This document shows, one piece after another, positions 1 to 5,950 of a stretch of 5,950 nt of DNA (position 1 is its first letter; every line of letters starts with the position of its first letter). The DNA is taken from assembly GCA_051294375.1 (NCBI GenBank), contig JBJCIZ010001246.1:1-5950 (forward strand), written 5' to 3'. This DNA is from Paraspadella gotoi (taxonomy: Eukaryota > Animalia > Chaetognatha). A program made the position numbers and the translations under genes. Under the pieces are notes generated by a model. It was not told the origin of the DNA. It saw only the letters and a program-made list of their open reading frames with translations, and did no database searches.

Positions 1-300
1 TTAAGGGGACCCAGTGATCGGGGGGGGTGAAAAGCTGAAAGCATAACGTTTGGTCCTTTAAACTAAGCTGGTTCTGACCATATGATTCGTTTTTCTCTGG
101 TCCAACGAGAAAGTGGTTAAAAAATTCGATGTTGGTCAGCTCCGCCGATTTTCGTTTCAAAATTCGGTAAGAAGCAAATCTTTCTCGAGTTTTATTTTTT
201 TTTTCTCAAAAGAAGGTAAAACGAAATTTTAAAAAATCTTCTTTGATTTCTTTAGTTCTTAGCTCGGAGCTTAAAATCGTTTGTAAGGCTCATTTGAATT
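1..300. mobile_element. Possible DNA transposon terminus (TTAA followed by GG)
   Basis: The window begins TTAA|GGGGACCC, followed by complex non-coding sequence with small palindromes (AGCTCGGAGCT, 261-271). No partner terminal inverted repeat is present in the window. Confidence 0.25.
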
Positions 301-351
301 GATAAGCATATAATCAAGTAGGGCGCAGACAAATGCTAAGAGAAGGAATTA

Positions 352-845
352 GGATTGATTGATTCATTGATTGATTCGTTGATTGACTGACTGATTGATT
401 CGTTGATTGACTGATTTGTTTATTGATTGATTTGTTCATTGAATGATTCGTTTACTGATTGATTGATTTATTCACTGATTGATTCGTTGATTGATTGATT
501 TGCTGATTAATTTGCTGATTGATTGATTGATAGATTGATTAATTTGTTGATTGATTAATTCGTTGATGGGTTGATTTGTTGATTGATTGATTGATTTGTT
601 GATTGATTGATTTGCTTAGTGATTGATTTGTTGACTGATTTATTTACTGATTCATTGATTGATTTGCTGATTGATTGATTTATTCGTTGATTGATAGATT
701 AATTCGTTGATTGATCGATTAATTCGTTGATTGATCAATTAATTAGTTGATTGATTAATTCGTTGACTGATTGATTGATTTGTTGACTGATTTGTTGATT
801 GATAGATTGTTTGTATCGTTGATTGATTGGTTGATTTCTTGATTA
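352..845. repeat. Degenerate (GATT)n tetranucleotide array with higher-order units
   Basis: Continuous GATT/TTGA units interleaved with GATTTGTT and GATTCGTT; 20-nt units GATTAATTCGTTGATTGATC recur around 697-760. Confidence 0.95.
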
Positions 846-849
846 GTAG

Positions 850-1000
850 GTAGAAGGGGAAAAAAAAGAGAGAATAAGAGAGAGAAACAGAAAGAGGGAG
901 AGAGAAGGGAAAAAGATAAAGAGAGGTGAGAGAGTGATAGAAAGAGAAAAAAAGGAAAATAGGAAATCGGCCCCCCCCCCAAAAAAAAAGAGAAAAAAAA
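850..1000. repeat. Purine-rich (GA/A) low-complexity tract with a C10 run
   Basis: Almost only G and A from 850 to 965, a C10 run at 971-980, then A runs. Confidence 0.8.
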
Positions 1001-1069
1001 TACAATTTTAAATGAAAGTCCACATAAACTACCTTAGATTTGCTAAGAATAATGTTGGATAATGTTTGT

Positions 1070-1663
1070 TTAGCTTTTTACTATCAATTGAAAATGATCA
1101 TTTGAATTCAAAATATAAATAGCTCGAATATTCTGAACTTGGATGGGCGCCGAAGGGTGGGGAATTCTTTGCCAATAATATCTAAAAGATTTGTTCACTT
1201 CAAGTTTCACACAAGTGTAAATTGGTGTATCAAGCAGATATGAAAACGCCTCTACTTCAAGAGTTTCCATCCACGTTTCTCTTTCTCGCATCCTCTGCAT
1301 TCTTTCAAAAAAATTTTTATTTCGTGGTGTTGACTCGCTTGGGAGTGCGCCCTTCAACACGAAGTCAACGATTGCATCTCGAAGTAGTTGGTGGTTCCTC
1401 TGATGCCCATAGATTGCCAAACTAATTGTTCTTGGAAGGCAAGCCCCGTCGCCTTTTACATTCTTTGTCATAGTTGGGCGTCGATGCTGCATTTCAACTG
1501 CCCTTGACGTTTGGGAATAAAAGTTCTTTGTCGGGAGTTCTTGGCCAAAAATCGATGCGGTCTTTTTTTGCCATTCTTCATCAATCGGAAAGAAATAATA
1601 TTCGTGTGGCTGCTTGTTGAAGCTGAAGCCAATTACTGTTAAAATTGAATACATTTTTTTAAA
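1070..1663 (-). CDS. OTU-family cysteine protease / deubiquitinase-like domain; probably the terminal exon of a spliced gene
   Basis: The 194-aa ORF (1654-1070) has the OTU Cys loop VKGDGACLPRTIS (D69, C72; Cys codon 1441-1439), the QLLRDAIVDFV helix, the WMETLEVEAFSYLL motif and a C-terminal His loop IYILNSNDHF (H187; codon 1096-1094). An in-frame acceptor ATATTTAG| lies at 1665-1664, and an alternative TTTTAACAG lies inside the ORF near 1637. Confidence 0.85.
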   Translation of the reverse strand, partial: FKKMYSILTVIGFSFNKQPHEYYFFPIDEEWQKKTASIFGQELPTKNFYSQTSRAVEMQHRRPTMTKNVKGDGACLPRTISLAIYGHQRNHQLLRDAIVDFVLKGALPSESTPRNKNFFERMQRMRERETWMETLEVEAFSYLLDTPIYTCVKLEVNKSFRYYWQRIPHPSAPIQVQNIRAIYILNSNDHFQLIVKS

Positions 1664-1719
1664 CTAAATATTAGAACAAAATTGAATTTTTTGAGCACGT
1701 ATTTTATTTTAAAAATAAT

Positions 1720-1880
1720 ATCCTCCTCTCTCTCTGTCCTCATCTTCTGTCCTGCACTCTGACCCTATCTGTCCTTTTCACAAAATCCTTGTTGGTAACT
1801 TCGCACTCACTCTCACGTCTCTGACACCAATCCTGTCTGTCTCTCTCTCTCTGCTCTGCCCTCTCTCGTCTCTCTCTCTA
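1720..1880. repeat. CT-rich low-complexity tract
   Basis: CTCTCT and CTGTCCT motifs at about 1720-1780 and 1805-1880. Confidence 0.7.
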
Positions 1881-1929
1881 ATACATTTTTTTCTGTAAAG
1901 GCAAAAGAACTTTTTTTAATTTCACAAGG

Positions 1930-1971
1930 TGCTGATGAAGAACGCTTGAAACTAAAGTTGAAACATGTCCA
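1930..1971 (+). ncRNA. Minimal hammerhead ribozyme motif, more degenerate (copy A)
   Basis: CTGATGA (1932-1938), imperfect stem II (GCTT-gaaacta-AAGT), GAAA (1960-1963), CATG (1964-1967), then TC. The canonical GUC triplet predicts a cut after 1969. Stem I is only TG/CA. Confidence 0.58.
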
Positions 1972-2060
1972 AGTATTTAAAATAACATCGTTGCTCAAAA
2001 CAATTCTCCAAACTTTTTCTAATCCAATAACGGCGACGAAAGAAAAGATTTTACACAAAT
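1930..2060 (+). mobile_element. Short hammerhead-bearing repeat element, copy A
   Basis: Shares TGCTGATGAAGA, AACTAAAGTTGAAACATGT, AAAATAA(C)ATCGTTG, ACGAAAGAAA and ACACAA in the same order with 5288-5408. It lies inside predicted intron 1664-2155. Confidence 0.55.
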
Positions 2061-2155
2061 GTTAACTAAAATATTAATCTTGGTTAAAAATAAATCAAAA
2101 TAACTATAAAATAATTTAAAAGAGACAGAAAAAACTGATAAAATATTGAGCGTAC

Positions 2156-2266
2156 CTTCCAATCCTCATCCGTCCGCGTCACGCATGGGTGTTGTCTGGT
2201 AAAGGCCAAGCAAAAGCTTGCACCTTTCTGTAGCGCTATCTTTCCTTTTGTATTTGTTTCGTCCTG
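2156..2266 (-). CDS. Open 111-nt phase-0 exon, probably spliced to the OTU exon
   Basis: Acceptor CATTAG| (TAGCAG tandem acceptor) at 2268-2267 and donor AAG|GTACGC at 2155. It encodes QDETNTKGKIALQKGASFCLAFTRQHPCVTRTDEDWK and is in phase with the acceptor at 1664. Confidence 0.55.
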
Positions 2267-2844
2267 CTAATGAGAGATAATAAGTTTCTTGAAATTTGAA
2301 GAGAGGAAGAGAGAAGTTTACACAGTAGCAACACTTTTTTTTCGATGAGGAATGTCACCATCCTTGTATGTGAAGAAGCTTAAACGAAAATATTACATCT
2401 TTAATTGTCCCTGTAGCATGTTTCCCGCATCCGTAGCCCTCCTGGCTTTGCTGGAGCCCTTTTGAAAGAATGTGACGATTAATAAAAATATACATTCTTT
2501 TTAATGATGAATAATTATCATGTTTACCGGAAATGGTTCTTCATTTTTTTCATCTTTAAGTGGCCAACGTGATAATACCCCTATTAGTTAGTCCCGAAAG
2601 GGGAGAAAGGCTTTTGTGGCAAAGTGGCGTACAATCAAGTACAGAATGAACTGGCCAGCGACGAATCAGCCACGCACAATCCGCGACCGTATGAGCTGTA
2701 AGAGGAAAATTAAAAAAAAAAATACCGGGTCTTCAAGCTACAGTGGACTGTCGGTTACTTTTATACATATTGTGCGAAACTGTGTTGTTAAATCTTATTT
2801 CTGATAAAACAATGTCCAAAGAAAAAGTTGTTACCAATTTAGAA

Positions 2845-3040
2845 TTCTATATAATTATATTAATATAAGAATATAATTATATTATATCTATATAATTTTT
2901 AAATTTTTTATATTTAAAAATAAATTTTATTAAAAAAAAAAATTAATATAAAAATATTTTGAGTGATATGAATTATTTTATTTTTTATTAAATAAAGTTC
3001 AAAAAAAACCAACAAAATTAATAAAATTGTTAGATAATTT
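2845..3040. repeat. Extremely AT-rich low-complexity intronic tract
   Basis: TATA/ATTAT motifs and A/T homopolymers with very few G or C. Confidence 0.75.
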
Positions 3041-3269
3041 CACTTATAGCATTTCACAAAAACCTTAAATCTGAAGAACGAAGATTTTTAATTGCGAATC
3101 TTCTCTTTATGAGTTTCCTGTTTGCGAAGATTCCAGCCTGCAGAATTGTTTCCACTGGTTCCTGACTCTTTTTTTGTAACGCTGTTAAAAGGCTTGCCAC
3201 CAAACGTCTTATCTAACATTGAATGTATCTTTGCTTAAATACTTTTTTATTTTGCTTTATTGATAAATT

Positions 3270-3478
3270 ATCGGTAATTAATTAATTAATTATTATTATA
3301 ATTAATTCAAGTAATTAATTTATTTAATTAATTAATAATTAATTTTTTCAAGTAATTATTTAATTAATTAATTAATTTGATCAAGAAATGTTGTTTGAAT
3401 TGATTGAACTGATTACATTAATTATTGATTAATTAATGACTAATTGATTAATTAACTGCTTAATTTTTTTGATTATAA
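3270..3478. repeat. Degenerate (TAAT)n array grading into GATT-like units
   Basis: Repeated TAATTAAT, with TTCAAGTAATTA occurring twice (about 3306 and 3347). Confidence 0.8.
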
Positions 3479-3545
3479 TACATCTTGCATTTACATTTAA
3501 AATCAAAAAGAAGAAGCATAATCAATTAGTAAAATAGGTTCTTTG

Positions 3546-3779
3546 TTTTTCCATTTAAACTCATTCCACTCAAACGATTCCATCGAAAACTTGATTTCCC
3601 AGTTTAATCACACCCTTTTCTACGCCAAATAACAAAATTTCAAAGTCAATCGCCCCATAGTGAAATTTATTTAATTTTTTTTCCATTTAAACTCATTTCA
3701 CTCGGACGATTCCATCGAAACTTATATCCAGCTCAAATCCACCCTTCCCTACCCACACACAAAATTTTATTCCAATCCA
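3546..3779. repeat. Diverged tandem duplication with a 132-bp offset
   Basis: TTTTTCCATTTAAACTCATT(C/T)CACTC(AA/GG)ACGATTCCATCGAAA occurs at 3546 and 3678. Weaker similarity continues through CCAG..CACCCTT..CTAC..ACAAAATTT. Confidence 0.85.
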
Positions 3780-4539
3780 TTCAAATCCAATCACGAGTAA
3801 TTGGTGTTTTTTGCTAAGGTGGACGGACGATGGACGGACATCGTTTTTTTTTTTGCAATAATTTATCATAATTCGATGTTCTGACATGATATAAGTTGTG
3901 TGCCCGACATATTGTGGGGCGGACCAGGACCGCCAAAGTGAATTATAGAGTGGGATTTGCTTGAAAGCAGATCGACTAAAGTATAAATGGTGTTTATAGC
4001 GCTAACGCGATTCAAAAGCGACAGTATTTTTGCGAAAAAGGGATGCCCGTCAAGATGACAAGCGGCATAACTACTTTTTAATTCAAAACTAAGGATCACT
4101 TCGATATTCCATTTTTTTGCAGCATTATCACATCAAAATATATAATTATGGCTCCCAACCTCGACCTGTGGTTGGACATACCACTATGTAATCCATTTTT
4201 TGTCGAAGACGCATCCTTGACAATTGCATCCCTAAAATTTTTAAATGTTAAAAAAAGCTTTATTTCAGTAGATACCCACAGTTCGTTATATCGATTTCTG
4301 TCACTTTGTTAAATTTGTTGAAGCAGGTTGTTGAATACTTGCGACAGTCCCAAAAAAGATTTGATTTGCATAACCTTATCAATCTGTTCCTTATCCTCAA
4401 AAACATTCATTTCCGGGTTCCGAAATCATCTTCGTATCAGTTGTCCCGTGAAATCCGGTCTTTCAATGATCGAATCATTCAAGTTGATTAATGATCAAAA
4501 CCAAAAAAGAGTAAGACCGAGGAAGAGAAAAACTAGAAA

Positions 4540-4600
4540 AGAAATGAGTCAGAGAGAAGAAAGAAAGAGAAAGATAGAGAGAGAGAAAGAGACAGAAAGA

Positions 4601-4640
<40 letters not shown>

Positions 4641-4710
4641 AGAGAGAGACAAGAGCGATGAGAGTAGAGGAGCATAAGAAAGAGAGAGGAAAGACAGAGA
4701 GAAGAAAGAG

Positions 4711-4758
<48 letters not shown>

Positions 4759-4860
4759 AAGGAGAGAGAGAGAGGAAGAGAGAGAGAGAGAGAAAAGTCA
4801 GAGGGAGAGAAAGAGAGAAAAAGACAGAAGGAGAGAGCGAAGAGAGAGAGGAGAGAGAGG
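4540..4860. repeat. Imperfect (GA)n microsatellite, intronic
   Basis: Long AG dinucleotide runs (about 4604-4636 and 4715-4751) within a polypurine tract, downstream of the minus-strand donor at 4909. Confidence 0.95.
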
Positions 4861-4909
4861 TATGAATCTCGATTGAGATCGATTTTTTATCTTTGTTTAT
4901 AATCTGCAC

Positions 4910-5630
4910 CTGATTTATAATTTTCAAAGGCTGCTGCCAGCATCATCGCTTCGTTGTCGCCACCGTTGTAATCATTAATTGAACCAACTGCAAGGACGAA
5001 AAATTAAATTTGATACTTTAATTTATTATGATAATTCATGCAAGTTTACCTCGTGATTTCCTACTGTATCGTCCTCGCTTTGTTGGCAAGTTTATGGGAC
5101 GGCCTACTCGCTTTTTAACATTATGATCAGCGAGCTTGTTTGATTCAACTTGGGACATATTTTGCGGAGTTATCTCGACGCAAGCCTCTTTTTCAATTGG
5201 GCATTCTGATTCTAAAGTTTTATTATTTTATAATATTTTTAAAAAAATCTTAAAAAGAGTTTGAATTAGTTCAACAACGATTTATTTTGCTGATGAAGAC
5301 TTGAACTAAAGTTGAAACATGTTCAAAGTTTCAAAATAAATCGTTGTTGAACTAATTCAAACTCTTTCTCAATACATAACACAACGAAAGAAAGTATTTC
5401 ACACAATAAAATCTTAAAAATTTCCAAAAACATTGTAAACCTGCTCGTGCCGCAATGAGACGATTTTTTCTGGTTCGTAATGCTGCAACGTGGTGATAGT
5501 TCGTCCCATGGCGCTTGATTACCTCTTGAAAACTTATTACACCATTAGCACATTCCTTTAATGATTCCTCCTCAGCAGCTGATATGATTCGTCGAGTTAG
5601 GCTGCGTACAAGCATATTTTTTATGAATCA

Positions 5631-5661
<31 letters not shown>

Positions 5662-5771
5662 GCTCGCTCTCTTGTTCTAATTGATTACCTTTTTTTAGTA
5701 GTGGCTTCACTCCCAAAGCAGACAGGCCCCGGGTTCCTTTGGATTAGGGAATTTATTTGTTGAAATGTTTT
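4910..5771 (-). CDS. Four phase-consistent open exons of an unidentified protein (5771-5689, 5601-5441, 5211-5050, 4987-4910)
   Basis: GT-AG introns at 5688-5602, 5440-5212 and 5049-4988 join without frameshift or stop: KTFQQINSLIQRNPGPVCFGSEATTKKSLTRRIISAAEEESLKECANG...RLIAARAESECPIEKEAC...VKKRVGRPINLPTKRGRYSRKSRVGSINDYNGGDNEAMMLAAAFENYKS. Exons are visibly more GC-rich than the introns. The basic KKRVGRP..KRGRYSRK segment is NLS or AT-hook-like. Confidence 0.7.
5254..5408 (+). mobile_element. Short hammerhead-bearing repeat element with an inverted arm (Penelope-like pLTR remnant?), copy B
   Basis: Homologous to 1930-2060. Contains the hammerhead core, AATAAA at 5335-5340 and a perfect 36-bp inverted repeat (5254-5289 / 5332-5367). 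It lies entirely inside predicted intron 5212-5440. Confidence 0.55.
5285..5328 (+). ncRNA. Minimal type I hammerhead ribozyme motif (copy B)
   Basis: Stem I TTTTG (5285-5289) / CAAAG (5324-5328); core CTGATGA (5290-5296) plus an extra A; stem II GACTT (5298-5302) / AAGTT (5309-5313) with loop GAACTA; GAAA (5314-5317); palindromic CATG (5318-5321); UH = TT. Predicted cut is after 5323 (GUU). Confidence 0.72.
5632..5671. repeat. (CT)n microsatellite, intronic
   Basis: Direct CT run inside predicted intron 5602-5688. Confidence 0.9.
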
Positions 5772-5819
5772 CTATGATAAACTATTGCGATTTTTTAAAT
5801 CTTTTTCTCTCAATCTTAC

Positions 5820-5950
5820 CTTTCGACCCCAGACCTAACGAGAAGCATTCGCTTCACGCACGAGTCTTTGTAATCCCTTATCATAAACCGACGAATCCGT
5901 TCTATTTGCCTCCCATCCTTGAAAGACGTCATCCCCATAAGACATTTCTC
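5820..5950 (-). CDS. Upstream exon, truncated by the window edge
   Basis: Strong donor AAG|GTAAGA at 5819 and a 48-nt intron (5819-5772). The frame that matches the next exon reads EMSYGDDVFQGWEANRTDSSVYDKGLQRLVREANASR*VWGRK, with a TAG at 5837-5835, so the exon may be disrupted or untranslated. Confidence 0.45.

Larger units (their letters stand above)
2320..4460 (-). pseudogene. Disrupted exon series in the middle of the minus-strand gene
   Basis: GC-richer blocks bounded by minus-strand splice signals (about 4460-4276, 4231-~3750, ~3235-3063, 2800-2726, 2695-2528, ~2458-2322). A 44-nt intron at 4275-4232 joins ELW|GCNCQGCVFDKKW, but that frame has stops at 4428, 4311, 4186 and 4135. No single open frame spans the other blocks. 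Exon limits are approximate. Confidence 0.5.

Noticed and set aside
739-1023. Minus-strand ORFs of 94 and 75 aa
   Set aside because: They are translations of the GA tract and GATT array (F/S/L and NQST repeats).
1222-1425. Short ORFs at 1222-1425 (+), 1813-2058 (-), 2616-2804 (+) and 4306-4491 (+)
   Set aside because: They are antisense to better-supported exons or cross repeats, and have no recognisable motifs.
3703-3722. CGGACGA...CGAAAC as a third hammerhead core, and CTGAAGA at 3071
   Set aside because: The first lacks the invariant U of CUGA and a proper stem II, and its paralogous unit reads CAAACGA. The second has no downstream GAAA-UH.
4328-4927. ORFs rich in RE or LS repeats (4328-4642, 4475-4927, 4658-4876)
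   Set aside because: They are artefacts of the (GA)n microsatellite.
1930-5408. The two direct repeats as LTRs of an LTR retrotransposon, or any repeats as a CRISPR array
   Set aside because: There is no primer binding site and no gag/pol between them, the spliced gene runs through both copies, and there is no regular repeat-spacer pattern.
2320-5837. Alternative genetic code as an explanation for the in-frame stops
   Set aside because: TAA, TAG and TGA all occur, frameshifts are also needed, and the long open exons contain no stops. Decay or assembly error is simpler.
5931-5940. ATCCCCATAA as partner inverted repeat of the TTAAGGGGAC start
   Set aside because: Only 8 of 10 bases match, there is no extension, and it lies inside an apparent exon.
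5925-5943. SYGDDVF peptide resembling an RT or RdRP catalytic motif
   Set aside because: It is an isolated short match with no other polymerase motifs visible, and a stop follows in frame. It cannot be assessed further at the window edge.

Overview
AT-rich eukaryotic DNA; short GT-AG introns (44-62 nt) with TTTAG-type acceptors suggest an invertebrate, probably a nematode (inference). The window is dominated by a spliced, minus-strand gene that enters from the right edge. Its 5' exons (5771-4910) are phase-consistent and open, its middle (about 4460-2320) is broken by stops and frameshifts, and it appears to end in an intact OTU-family cysteine protease exon (1070-1663). Introns carry GA/CT and AT microsatellites, a GATT array lies downstream, and the window starts with TTAA-GGGG, a possible DNA transposon end. 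The main unexplained signal is two related ~120-130 bp plus-strand elements in two predicted introns (1930-2060 and 5288-5408). Each contains a minimal type I hammerhead ribozyme core (CUGAUGA...GAAA-CAUG-UH) with a palindromic stem III loop and has an upstream inverted copy of its downstream sequence (a perfect 36-bp arm for the second). This fits pseudo-LTR remnants of a Penelope-like retroelement or a small non-autonomous ribozyme element.
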